A stretch of DNA of 64,000 nt from Isurus oxyrinchus. Lineage: Eukaryota. The stretch's first letter is position 1; each line of letters opens with the position of its first letter. A program made the position numbers and the translations under genes. The notes under the pieces are model-generated. The model worked only from the letters and a program-made list of their open reading frames with translations. It was not told the DNA's origin and ran no database searches. The stretch spans positions 1-64,000 of the forward strand of contig JANJGN010001209.1 of NCBI GenBank assembly GCA_026770705.1, written 5' to 3'. Positions 1 through 12,559 of this stretch are shown here, one piece after another.

Positions 1-2075
1 ATCCCAACGTTTATCCAGGGCACTTCATTCAAATGAATGAATCGACAACGGCGCAAGTCATATCAGATTTTTCGATAACCGATGAGGTCAACGTAATTCA
101 CATCAAAACCACGATTGAGCATCCAGGCCGAACTGACGACAACCCGCTCCAGGTAATATCACAGCTTTACATCGCCCGTAACCGAAGCTGTTGAAGCCTG
201 AAATAAGTTTGCTATGGCCAGAGTGCCAACTGAAATGTACTCAATGTATTTCGCTAAGCACCAAACTGGCAAACGCAGAAAGGAAAGAACATTTGAAGTC
301 ATGAAAATGTCCATTCCACATTCCACACTTTAACGCCATTCTTGAATTTAGTCATTACTTGTGTTATGTGATCACTTCCCTTCAGCATATATAAATTCAA
401 GCCAAAAGAAATAACAACATTGCATGCAGTCGTCTCAAATGACCAAGGTAATCTTGTGCAAAAACAGATTTTCGCCAAGAATCCCCTGGTTCTGTCAGCA
501 ACGCATCAAATATTTGCCGCCTGGTAATTTGTTTCACTTCAACTAACCTTCTGACTGTCAAATGAGTCTGGATTTTGAACGACACTCAATAAACTCTTCA
601 GAACACACGGTGCTTAAAAGTGAAATAAGCTATTCGATTTCACTTTTGCATGCAACCCGAATTATGCATGGCTTGTTCCTCACACCTAACAGGTTCTCTC
701 CCAAGTGAGACGAACAGGTGAAAAAAATGTCCGCTGGGCGAGAAAACCAGTCAATTTTAATAGACAACTAAATTATTGGAAAAAGTAAGCAGGCCTGAAA
801 AAATCTGTGGAAAGTAAGACACGGTTTACTTTACGAGTCTGTGTGGCACTTCCAAAAAACTGTAATTTTTAAACTTTGTTTGGACGTGTTTGTATATGTT
901 GCTCTACGCAGTCTATCCTCACCACATTACTCCACTCCTCTTTAGGCAGTTAACATTCAGTCTGAAATAAATCTAGCCGTGTGGATATCCTATCCAGTCG
1001 CCTCATAAACGAATAAATCAAAACACGCTCTCCCCATGTAGCCTCCGCTCCTCTGACCTCAACTCCCTCTGCTGGTCCTCACTTCTGCATCGACAGCTTT
1101 CCAGAAATTGATGATTTTTAACCCTTCGATCGAACGCCCTTTTTTATTTCTGTGCTGAAAGCTGATCATGAGATTTCAAGCTTTTTGTTATCCACTCTGC
1201 ATGACGTCCCTTTCGTACACGGATCCTATTGCAGCTCTCAGGCTTTATCTCTGAAGAGGGACCAAGAAGGACTTAAGATAGAGTGTGACAGAGCCCATGA
1301 TTTGGAAACGTTGTTTCTGTCAATATTGCTTATGTTGCTGCATGTAAAAGAAGAAATTAGCCTCTTCCAATACTGGTTACATGTCATGTTTTGCATCTGA
1401 CAAATTGACATGGTTTTTGCGGAAATTGGAAATAGAGCATGGAGTGTCACTGCAGCAGAAAGGCGTTTGAAGCGTATGGCCGACTTGAATTCCTTGCGAA
1501 TTGTTTGCGAGACTATGTGAGTGAAGAAATGAGTGAAATAGCTGAGGAAGAAGCAGCTTTGCTTCAGCACAACGGACAAAACCGATGCCATTCAACGATT
1601 TTTAAGAAAGAAGATTTATCCAGTATAAACCGATGGAAGGTAAGGGTCTGCATTGAGCTGGCAAAGTGTGTAACTATTGCTTCAAAATGAAAATCTCACC
1701 GCAAACTGGAACCTTACTGGCTACCTTGGAAAGCAGAAGCAGGCCGCTCCTCGTTCGTATACCCCGCCTGTCACGCAGGAGACTGGGGTTTAAATTCCCG
1801 ACGGGTAGACAAGTTCATGCTCATATATTGCGAGGTCGAAAGCGTTACCATGCTTTTGATTCGCAAACTGCTTTTAATTTCCACAATGTGATTGACAGAA
1901 TGGGTATCTACAGGAGAGAAGGCAGATTTGCTCAAATATAAATGAGCAGATTTTCTGGACAGATGAGTTTATCAAAATCACTTGTGATCAACGGCGCTTT
2001 CCGCCATTTTTCTGTACCCTTACATCTTGTAAGCGTCGAAACGTTTACCCAAAATAACGCATTTCCATATGTGTC
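1..2075 (+). repeat. Dispersed copy of the ~2.1-2.4 kb tRNA-Asp-bearing repeat unit (may extend left of the window)
   Basis: Collinear with 48370-50440 and 50470-52800. Shared blocks include acgattgagcatccagg..aactgacgac (111 vs ~48447/50546), catggcttgttcct (667 vs ~49026/51106), acattcagtctgaaat (953 vs ~49301/51392) and ttttaacccttcgatc (1116 vs ~49464). Confidence 0.9.
1748..1808 (+). pseudogene. trnD: tRNA-Asp(GTC) pseudogene, D-arm deleted
   Basis: TCCTCGTTCGTATA-CCCCGCCTGTCACGCAGGAGACTGGGGTTTAAATTCCCGACGGGTAG matches the vertebrate tRNA-Asp-GTC consensus but lacks ~11 nt (GTGGTGAGTAT) and has an altered B box. TTTT follows at 1854-1857. Confidence 0.85.
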
Positions 2076-2834
2076 CACTGCTTATGCTGCCTGATTTCCT
2101 GGTGCTGGTGCAGCACATCAATGCCGATGGAGTATTGAGTGCACGCTTTATATTCGGAGGTTAGTACATCTCTCATGAAGCATTAAGAGAGAGAGGCGGA
2201 GGCAATCCAGCCAATGGAAGCTGCGCTGCTTTTCATTTGGACCGTAGCTGACATGTGTCGGAACTCCATCAATGCACATTGGCTCCATGATACTTGAACA
2301 TTTTTCAAAATGAAAGCTACCAAATGCAGTTTTTAAAATGATTCATTTGTTTTCTAAATTAACCTCAAAGCACCATGTTGTTAATCCTTGTCTCCTCGTA
2401 CTACCCCTCTCCCTGTAGTCACTTACTGATATATTGCATCATTCATATACCATGTTTCCAAATCCCGATATCTGCTCATCCCCTCCTTATCTCTGAAATC
2501 ACCTCCTGCCCAATAATTAATTCAGGTATTAATGGTTCTCGAATTCACGCCTCATTTGCTTTCCTTGGCAGGAATGCATTCTGCTGCTGGAGCCTCGCAC
2601 TCCTGTATTCCGTCTGTTCGCCTCTCCACCTCTCTCTTCCCGTTTTAGATAATCCCTAAAATAAAATGTTCTCATTTGAACTTGAGGTCGACTATTCCTA
2701 ATATGTTTCGGGGTGGGTTTTGGTAATTTATCCCACTCTCAGCCTTCTGTGTGGCGCCTTGGGACATTTCTTCACTCACCTGGAGGGACAAAGATATCAC
2801 CTTGCTAATTGGGCAGTGCAGACGCCTCCGTTCA

Positions 2835-3490
2835 TCTCAGTTTGACACGATTGGAGCACTCTGAGTATGGCTGGTCCCATATCCCTCACTTCTAACACAG
2901 TCTGAGGACCGTGTGCAGTGTTGGTGTCTGTATCCCTCTGCTAGAGCACCCTTGGAGAACTGTCCGCAGTTCTGGTCTCCATATCACTCGGTTAGACCAC
3001 ACTTGGAGAGCTGAGCAAAGTTCTGGTCACAATATCCCTCGGTTTGTTAACATTTGTAGCACTGTGCACATTTCTGGTCTCCATATCCCTCGGTTAGACC
3101 GCACTTGGAGCGTTGTGCACAGATCCGGTCTCCATATCCATTCGTTAGCCGAAGCATGGAGCTCTGTGCACAGTTATGGTCTAATATGCGTTGGTTAGAC
3201 CACACCTGGAGTATTGTGAACAGTCCTGGTCACCATACCACTCGGTTAGACCCCACCTGGAGCACAGTACACAGTTCCATTGTCAATATCTCTCAGTTAC
3301 ACCATATAAGGAGCACTGTGCACGCTTGTGGCCTCCATTAGCCTCGGTTGGGCTGCATGCAGAGCACTGGAAGCAGCGCTGCTCTCAGTATCTCATGTTT
3401 AGACAGTACCTGGAGCACTGAACACAGCACTGATTTTACTATCGAGATGTTAGATCACACTAGTTACAGTGTGCACAGCTCTTGGCTCTA
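2835..3490 (+). repeat. ~51-bp minisatellite derived from a CR1 LINE ORF2 motif (about 12 diverged copies)
   Basis: Unit ctcggttagaccgcacttggagcactgtgcacagttctggtctccatatcc recurs at 3038, 3089, ~3140, 3191 and 3241. It translates to VRPHLEYCEQSWSPY, compared with MRPHLEYRVQFWAP in the CR1 fragment at 62996-63193. Confidence 0.85.
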
Positions 3491-3789
3491 AGTGCGGCTA
3501 TGCTAACATCAATGTCCATAGATGAGCTCTCAGTATGCATCAGGAATCAAAAGTGTGGCACACAATTCCACAGATCAATAAATTCCTTCGCAGGTATGGT
3601 CTTGTGATTTTGGGACAGTGGAAGGGCCTGTAATATGGGAGGATCCAATGAAGAGGAGATTTTGATGCCTTGGGAATGCCGATTCATTTTTAAGTGCTGT
3701 GGGGCTGCATGGGGTAAAGAAAGTTGAATAAGTCGCGTTGTGAGGCCAACCTGAGGTTTAGGCTGAGACTGACTCTAATATATGTAATT

Positions 3790-4790
3790 CCGGCTATGAA
3801 TCATGTGAAGAAAACTGTCTGTTTCGATCACTGCCTCTTCCCCGTGTCTCCTTTCTCACTCGGATCAGCCTGTCACCATATCGACAGGGAGGGAGGAGAG
3901 GTAAGGAAATGGCAGGGTCGAACTGACATCTTCAAACGCCACTGACAACATGCGTGTAGAAAATGGCAGGGTGTCATTGGCATTTTATAGCTCCTGAATT
4001 GTCATGCTTTCAGAATCAGAACTACAATCAATGCCAAAGGTTCGCCAACCATATTCTTGGGTTTGTCATGGCCCAATGACAGGAGCGAGGTACATTGCAT
4101 TTTGGCACAGGGGCATATAAGAAGTCTGAGCTTGTACTTGCAATGCTTGCTCAGCATTGACTCCAGGCTCTGTCATGTCACAAGGCTTGAGGGCAAACAG
4201 GGGAATGGGAACCTCCTGCTGACTCCCAGCTGCCTCTCTCCTGACACTGATCAATCTCTACTCCCCCATTTTAAACACTGCATTGCAAAGCAATGAGCGT
4301 ATCAAAGGTACAGAATTTTATCTGCTGTGCGACCTGCCTTTTCATCACCCAGAGAGACTCTAAGTCACCGTTAGAGACCCATGTGGCCAAGCCCTGTAAG
4401 GTAGAATAGGCCTGAAGCAGGTGAACCATCAAGAGGGAAATTTCTACTGGGCCTCAGCATCACCAATCCACCCGCTGCAGTAACATCTCTCGCTCACGGT
4501 GTTGCTATGAATGACCACCGCAAAGCACTACTGATAACAGCCGTCTTTTTCAAACTGAGGACGCAGTCCATTGTGTTTTGTGACAAGCATTGCTTTCAAT
4601 GGGATAGTTTCAAAAGAGATCACAGAGCACAACTCTCAACATCCATGAGGTGTCGTGGGCCATCAGCAGCAGCAGAATTAAATTCAGACACAATCTGCAT
4701 GACTATGGCCCTAAATACTCCTCACCCTTCCACGACCATTACCGTTAAACTAAGAGAAAAGGCATGGTTCTCGGACAATGGAATGAGAAC
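3790..4790 (+). mobile_element. Decayed non-LTR retrotransposon fragment, endonuclease region (shark-type LINE, possibly HER1-like)
   Basis: Remnant peptides GKQGNGNLLLTPSCLSPDTDQSLLPH and PHPSTTITVKLREKAWFSD, with many stops and frameshifts. Confidence 0.6.
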
Positions 4791-5079
4791 TTCTGATTTT
4801 ACTACAACAATCTAGCCTTAAATTATGCCCGTTCCTTGCAATTCTATACCGCAGTCTACCCTTCTAGCCATTTGGCATTCAGTTTTGGCATCTGTTGTAT
4901 GACAACGGTACACTCGCCAGAGCCCAAGAGCAAAATGTTTCCCAATTACAAACTCAGTCTATGAGTGCAGGAGACGATGGAATGACGAGCAGCAGGCAAA
5001 ACTGAGGATCAAACCCTGTGGACCGTCACCCCCTTGACGCATTGCTCTAGCTGCTCAGGCAAAGGTTACCAATGGCGCT

Positions 5080-5765
5080 TCATATCAGGTGAGAAATATA
5101 AGATCTCACTTCCTACACACTTTTGGAATTATCTTTTGTTGACCTATATTTGGCAACTCTACAAATGGTAAGGTGCTGTAACGTAACTTTAAACAGAAAA
5201 GGCAGCACGTAATAGAAATGAGGTTATAGTTGGGAAACATTTTGTTCCTGGGATATGGAAAGTCTAGCGTTATCAGTCACCGGAAGCCAACCTGGATGCA
5301 GATTGGCTGGAATGGTGGTTGAGGACGTGAATCGTAAGGGATGGGCAGAGGTTAAGGCTACATTGTTGTAGGAACGTCAGAGTCTCTCGCCCTATTGGTC
5401 GAGAATTGTCAAACTAGGTAATATCTAAGGGTGTTATACAGTAGGGATGCACTCATACCATTGCTTGAGAATCGCAAAAAAATTGCTAAGCGAAGGCAAC
5501 AAATTCTTGCCTTTCTAGTGAAGATTTCATATAGCCTGACAGAAATTTTAAAAAATCAAACATGAAAAAGATCTAGAATAAGCAACATAACGGTAGTGGA
5601 GAAAATAACGGGACGTTAGATTGGCAAATCCCAAGGGTCAGATAGTTTCCATGCCAGCAATTGAAGGTAAAAGCTGAGAAATTGCGGATGTCCGTGCTCT
5701 ACTATCTCGCAGTTCCATTCATCTCAGAATTATTCCTTCAGGCTGGCTAATTCTGAAAGGCGCTC
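5080..5765 (+). mobile_element. CR1-type LINE fragment
   Basis: ggcaaatcccaagggtcagatagtttccatgcc at ~5623 resembles the KSPGPDGxHPRVLKE motif. Upstream sequence resembles the endonuclease start of the CR1 at ~58700. Confidence 0.55.
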
Positions 5766-5767
5766 TC

Positions 5768-5997
5768 NNNNNNNNNNNNNNNNNNNNNNNNNNNNNNNNN
5801 NNNNNNNNNNNNNNNNNNNNNNNNNNNNNNNNNNNNNNNNNNNNNNNNNNNNNNNNNNNNNNNNNNNNNNNNNNNNNNNNNNNNNNNNNNNNNNNNNNNN
5901 NNNNNNNNNNNNNNNNNNNNNNNNNNNNNNNNNNNNNNNNNNNNNNNNNNNNNNNNNNNNNNNNNNNNNNNNNNNNNNNNNNNNNNNNNNNNNNNNN
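5768..5997. other. N run (230 nt; gap or hard-masked repeat)
   Basis: Directly visible. Confidence 0.95.
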
Positions 5998-6699
5998 TTT
6001 ACCCTAATGTGAGCTGACAACTCTGAGATAACCTCTGTGGGTAACCCAACTGTCTCTCCACCAGCTCCAGCAGTCAAAGCACCGAGACCAGTGCTTTCCA
6101 CATCATCCCCTGACTTCGCCAGAGTCACAGTGAGATGATTGGTATACGGAGGCTCTTCATATGAACAGATACAGAATTCTGTCGTTAATAATTGCAGACA
6201 CATGGTGAGGGTTGTCTCAACCTTGTGCATGTCAAAGGAACACATCACTAACTGAGATCGACAGTAATTGGAATCTACGTCTAAATATGCCACCCAAACC
6301 GGATTCTATTAATCAACATAGACACTGATAAGTGTAATGATTGACCAGGTGAAGAATTAAAGGAATTCTTCGTTGTGAAAAATTTAGAATCATTCAGCCG
6401 TGATGAAGGCCATTTGGCCCATCGTGTCTCTGCTGTTTATTGAAAGGTTTACCTAATCATGCCTCCCCCATAGCTTCTCTTCCCCCATCGCCCTGTCATT
6501 ACCTCCCCTGCCAATTATTCATATAATTTCCCTTTTCAAATGTGCGATTGAATCTGCTTCTGTTACCTTTTCAGGCAGCACATTCCAGATCACAACATCT
6601 CGCTGCATCATAAAGACATTCTCTTTATCTTTCCACCACTTTCTTTGTGAATTATCATCAATATATTTCTACTGATTTCACAATCCCACGCGCTCGAAT

Positions 6700-6900
6700 G
6701 TATCCCACTGCCACTACTGGAAGAGGACTTGGGGAATTAGACCTGATGCCATGGGACCAATATTTATCCAGCGATTAGTATCAATGGTACAGATTCTCTA
6801 GCCATTATGTCACTGGTGTTTGAAGAGCTTGCTGGGGGCACATTGAGTTCCATGTGTCCAGCCTGACAGAAGAGATCACAGTTCAACACTAATTCGCCGC
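6700..6900 (+). mobile_element. DeuSINE (SacSINE1/AmnSINE1-like) Deu-domain fragment
   Basis: ccaatatttatcc...cagattctctagccattatgtcactggtgtttgaagagcttgctg resembles the Deu core as recalled, and is the reverse complement of the element at 23190-23557. Confidence 0.55.
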
Positions 6901-8329
6901 CGTGTACTGACCTCTGGTGAATTATGCTGTTAAGCTGCTTTTCCAGAATTCCTGGCCTGTCTTTGACCTAATGCATCGAGGCGTCATGGAATTCGAACTC
7001 AAAGTTGGAGGCATCCAGAGAGAGTACCTGCCGACCTCTGAGGGCCTGTCCCGCCAGGGGGTACAGGCCATTTCCTGGGATGGTGCCATGGGGACATGGT
7101 CACTTTCCCCCTGCACACCACAGCCGCTGCTTCGAACCCTACTGGCTGCCAGAGCCTGTAGCACAATCAGGAAGCCTGAGGCTCCTCCATTTTTTCCTCC
7201 TGTGTTCCCCATGCCTGCCTCACTCGCAGGCATCCCCTCTTGTCCCTAGCCACTGATCGAATCAGAAGACCATGTCCTGAATAATGTGACTGCCCTCTAG
7301 TACAAATGCCCAGGCAAATGCCCCACTCACAGAGGCATCACTGTGTCAGCAGATGGGCCTCCATCTGACACTCACTGTAACCCTCCCTCTTTGTCTTCCA
7401 AGTTATTTTTCCATTTTTCTCTCTCACACATTCTCTCTCCCCCAAACATGTGTTTCTCCACCTCTTTACTTATTGCATCCCTTTTCTGAATCTCTTGCTC
7501 AGTTCCTCCCTCTCTCATCTCCATATCTTGAATACTATCTCTTGATGATATTTTCACTGATTCACGGGACGTGGGCTTCGCTGACTGGGTCCAGAATTTA
7601 CTGCTCATCAGTAATTTCTCCCATGAGAAGGTGGTGGGGGAGCCATGTTCCTGAACTGCTGCAGTCCATGTGGTGTCCATACACCCACCGTGCTGTAAGG
7701 AATAGAATTAAAGCTTCACGCTCTGTTCTGCTGTTTGGCTATTTTTGTCACCTTTGCTCCTCCTTCTCCAGCTCCACCTTCCGCTCATGCTAACTCTGTG
7801 TCTCACTCTCCATCTCCCTTTCTCTCTTTCACTCCGCCTTCCACATCTGCATTGATGGTTAAATATTTCCAATTTTAGTCCCCTGCTGGTTGGTTAATAA
7901 TTTAGCCCTGAAGCGGAACTGTGCTTTCCGCAGTCACCATCTTGTCTGACTCCAGATAGGAATGAGCTGTCCCTGGATATGATCCTGAAGTTGACTGCCT
8001 TCGTTTGGGGACAATATGCAACCCCTCAATGAATGAGTGTCCAAATATCATCAGATTAATTGATCTAAAGCGGTGAAATAATGTGAAGAGATGTTTTATC
8101 AGTAGTGTATATGTCTATATATATTTTTAGCGTGCTAAAAATTGACCCAATGCCATGTGGTTCCATTAGATGCGTGTTGAATTTCGACTCCTCGCAGGCC
8201 CATCCCGTTCTGAATATATCCCACTGGGCTGCAAAATCTGGTGAGCCGGCCCTGCAGCTGGTGATGATTATTCCCAGGGACATTGATGGGGAAGTCTGAG
8301 CCATTGGCTTTAGGTTATCATTCGGTGAG

Positions 8330-8610
8330 TTTGGCTATGTCAGGCCATTGATCGTGCAGTCTCTGGGGCAACGCTCCAAATGTTGTCATTCCCTTGAACA
8401 CTCAAGTGCTGATCAGACACAATGTTTCGTGACAGCATTTGTGCCCTCCACGAACCCACTTCCACTGAATGGGGGCAGTGGACACGCTGGCACAAATCGG
8501 CACCAAGTTAAATGGCAGCCCTGCTCAGGGGCCCAAACTCACGGACTGGGCACTGGAGGTTCTGAATGATGCGCCGCAGAGGTGGAGCAATGCACTGCAG
8601 AGCTGCATCT
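8330..8610 (+). mobile_element. Possible PIF/Harbinger remnants (transposase piece and Myb/SANT N-terminal piece)
   Basis: Remnants QAIDRA..KCCHSL/NTQVL (cf. HARBI1-type GAIDCTH..RKGFHSLNVQ) and GPKLTDWALEVLNDA (cf. APRFSDxxLEVLxDA of Harbinger-associated Myb/SANT proteins). Confidence 0.35.
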
Positions 8611-9759
8611 GACTGACCCAAGCTCAGATTCCTGCCCCTCTCCTCCTCCAACCGCTGACATTGTCCTCCCTGGTCTAACACTCTAATCCCATTCCCCGTC
8701 ATGACCAGGTGGATCTCTAGCACAATGACAGTCAACAAGAACTCTCATCGTCCCGGTGAATCCAGGAAAGGGTCCAACATATTCAAGAAGCCTTGCACTG
8801 ATCTTGTTCAGTTGATGCCTGCTGGTGTACTGGATTGTGAAACTGTGCCTGAAGCGGTGTCTCACACTCAACCTGCTCAAAGCTGGGTGCACTGCACAAC
8901 ATACAGCTGGCCACACTTGTCCATAGTCAGCTCCTGAATTATTCTTCATGTGTTACCATCTGCAACAGCCTACAACTCATGGATGCAACCGCACACTGAC
9001 TGGTGCACACCAGTCCATGTCCTGTGTCCATAAACCTGCCTTTGCCCCATTCCCCTCAAAACATCTGACGGTAAAACATCCCTCCATCTCATCTTTAAAG
9101 TTAATATCATCCTTTCACTAATTGCCATTTGTGGAAGAGCGATGAAATTCTCTGTTACCCTTTGTGTGACGATATGTCCCTTTCCGAGAATAACAAAGCA
9201 GCGGGAATATCTTCTACATATCCAACTTCGCTCGAATCTAATCGAATATTTAGGATTCTTGATCAAGGGCACAGTGATTCTGGCTTCGGTACAACAATCT
9301 AACGTTAGCTTGTACCCGATATTATTATTCTGCTCCAAGTGCAGAGTGCTCCAGACTGTGCTGCCACAAATTCCCCATCACATTACAAATCGATTCCTCA
9401 GGCTATTCTTCTAGTCAGTCAGCATGCACGTTCTGGCTCCTGCTTAATTCTGATGCTGGAGCCATTGGAGCCCAAATTTGGCCAAATGCAATCTCTGTTC
9501 ACACCTTATCTTTTTACTCTCCTTAAAGCTACATAAAAGCAGTTGACTTTTAAAGAGAAGCCAAGTCAAAGGCATCTTAACAATATTCCAATATTACCTA
9601 CATATCAATGAATTTCATCAATAGCACCATGTACAATAGAATTGCTATTGTATGTAACAATAATTACACCCATGTATCAATGAGCTGATTCCTAACAAGG
9701 TTAGAACATAATTTTCTTTTCGATATGCCTTACCCTGCACTTGACACTCTCTCCTGCAT

Positions 9760-11350
9760 TCTTCAGTGAATCAGGCTTGATCCTTTGCTTTGAACGTTAT
9801 GGTTGTGTCAGGAATATGTCAGGCAATGACCTTGCAGGTTGTATTTGAATTTAATTTCGCTGCTGCTGATGGCTCTTGACGCCTTGTGGATGTTGAGATT
9901 TGAGCTGTGTGATCTGGTCTGAATCTATCCCGTTGAATCCAATGATTTTCAGAGAATACATTGGAGAGTGTCCTCAGTGCGAAGACCATCATCACAAGGC
10001 CTGTGTGGTGTGTCATTCCTATCAACACTGTCAGGGACAGATGCAACTGTAGCAAGTAGATTGCTGAGGATGATGTCGTGCAGAAATAACCCTGTCGTTG
10101 GTTCACCTGCCACAGGCTTATTCTGCCATTAAGCGCTCGGACACCTACGTCTGTAACGGTGACCCTGAGCCACTCTTGGTAATGGACATACAGAGAACAT
10201 TATGTGCATTTAATATGCTCATTGCTTTTTCCATGTTGTGTTTAACATGGAGGAGTATATATTGAACAGATTCGGGAAAATGGTATGTGGGAGTCAGCAG
10301 GATGTTCCATTTCTAATGTTTGCCCACCTGCCTTGCGACATCAGAGAGACTGGAGTCTGTGTTGAGCACTCCTGTCACAAGCCTAAAGTTATGCATTTCT
10401 CTGTGTCAACATGTCAGGAAGAACTTTTCATTCAGTGGGTCATAACTTACCCAGGGATATGGGCGATGAATCTGTGACATTGCCTTTTAAGTTATGATTA
10501 TTCCAGTGTGATTATGGTGTGGAGCAGCCGGGTGTCAATGTGGCTGTGTCATTACCTGACCTCCCTTCACTCCATGCCGATATGGTGACGCACCGATCCG
10601 AGTGCGAATTGAGACATGGACAAGAGGCAGTGATCGATGCAGCCAGTTTTATTCACATGCTGCGGAAAGCAGTGGTCCGGGGTCATTAGATCCTCAGAAT
10701 CTATCAGAGCAGGATTTATGGAATTACAGTTAGCTCCAGTCGGAACCATGGACATCTCGCATATAGGGACATGTTATGTTTAGGCAAGTAATTTCTTATG
10801 CAGCAAGCGAGCCAAAAATATGAAGTATGCCAAGAACCGCCTCTTATATCTGTAATATCGGACAAATCTGCAGGTGCCTCCCAAATCATCACACTCTCTC
10901 TATTGTCCTTGGAAACAGAAAGGGATAATTCAGTGCTACAAAATTTCAAAGCTCTGCCGCATCTGGTTGCCATGCAACTAAATTCACTGGAGACCAGAAT
11001 TGTGCACAGTTCTCCAGCTGTCATCTAACCGATGGATATGGAGACCAGAACTGTGCGTGCTGCTCCAATGTGGTCCAACCGAGTAACATGGAGGCTGGAA
11101 CTGTGCACAGTTCTCTAAGTAAGGTGGATCCGAGATATATTGAGGCCAGAGCTGTGCACAGTGTTCCAGAAGTGGTATAACCGATTGATATGGCGGATGG
11201 AATTGTGCACAGTGCTACATGTGCCGTCTAACAGAGGGGTATGGAGAGCAGAGCTGTGCACTTGGATCCAGTTGTTTTCGAACCGAGGGGCATGGAGGTT
11301 TGAACTGTGCATAGTGCTCCAGGTGTGTTGAAAACGATGGGACTGTGCAC
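9760..11350 (-). repeat. Inverted, diverged copy of 2835-4790 (LINE fragment plus 51-bp minisatellite at ~10985-11350)
   Basis: ORF-track pairs: HVKKTVCFDHCLFPVSPFSLGSACHHI (+,3724) vs HVNKTGCIDHCLLSMSQFALGSVRHHI (-,10567), and DHRAQLSTSMRCRGPSAAAELNS (+,4507) vs DHTAQISTSTRRQEPSAAAKLNS (-,9819). The minisatellite appears in reverse complement as ggagaccagaactgtgc. Confidence 0.85.
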
Positions 11351-11965
11351 AAGGGAAATGCTGCACCTTCTGCATAAAGGGGGAGTGGCAATGAAGTGTT
11401 TTGAAACACGGGCCAACAGGCTGGTAGGTAACCTCTTGCCCTGCAGGGCAGTATTGTCCTAGGGGAGTGAATGGTGATGAAGATGTCTCCCCAGATCTGC
11501 CGAGGAGAGACACACTGCAGCAGAGCCATAAAACCCTGACCAAAGTTTATAGGTATTGCAGCATCTCACTGAGGGTCATCACGTAGATGGGAGGAACAAG
11601 GCAACTAGGATAGTTGCTTGGGTTATAATCGACAATTATGAGTAATTTTCTTTTAAAGACGATTTATGGAAGGGTGGAAAATGGATATGGACAGCTTTCT
11701 CTTTAGGAAACTTTTTAAGGTTTGTGGAAAAAAGAGGGGCAGATGAAGTTAAGACACCAATTTGAAACCTCATTCATTGTATCAAGAGACTTTACAAAAA
11801 TGAATTGCAATCAGCAGAAGTGACTTTGAGGGTCGTACAGAAATTGCCCATATATTGTACATTTAAATCTCCGGAATTATATGGCCGGGTGACAGACATT
11901 GTCAATGCCTTGACATGAAGCGATTAATGTCCATAATGAATAGGAAATTCTTTAAATACTGGCAT

Positions 11966-12481
11966 TGTAGTAGTGTCTATGTTTATGTTAGTGTCTGTGT
12001 ATCTTAACTGGATAAAAACCAGCAAGGCTGGTTGAATGATGTGTAGTAACTTTCGATTTTAGTTAGATAAAGAGAAGCAGTAAAAGGAATGCATATTTGT
12101 TGAACAAACCATTCAAAATATTGGATTAAATATTACTCCTAGCTACACGACACCATAGCAATGTCTTTATATTGCTATTAAAATTGGTGGAATGAAAGGA
12201 TTATTGTTAGCAGAGGTAAAATAAAAAAAATAGTAAAGCTAATGAAAAATTGCATTCAAAGGGAAGGCTAGATTTAAGCAGAAACTTGTTTGTACATACG
12301 AGTCATTGACAGCTATGATCAAACCATGTTGTCAGCCTGGAGCTGTTTCTGCAGAAGAAACAAATTGGTGTTAATTTATTAAATGTTGACTTTAGTTTTA
12401 CATTAAAAACTTCGTGAAGATTGATGGTTTTATTTTTGAATTCAGAGTTGCATCTCAAGCATACCAGTATAGGCTATTACA
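11966..12481. mobile_element. Candidate solo LTR
   Basis: ~515-bp AT-rich block bounded by TGTAGTAG...CTATTACA (7/8 inverted terminal match, TG..CA), lying just upstream of the Gypsy pol remnant. No clear target-site duplication. Confidence 0.3.
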
Positions 12482-12559
12482 GTTGTTCAATTTTCCCTTT
12501 TGATTTTAGGCAAATAAGCCTTAATCAATTGGTGTGTCGTAACAGCCTATTGTAGTAGA

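Noticed and set aside
2835-3490. CRISPR-like array (also considered for 47784-47900 and 61445-62125)
   Set aside because: Units are homologous along their whole length with no unique spacers, there are no cas genes, and the context is vertebrate.
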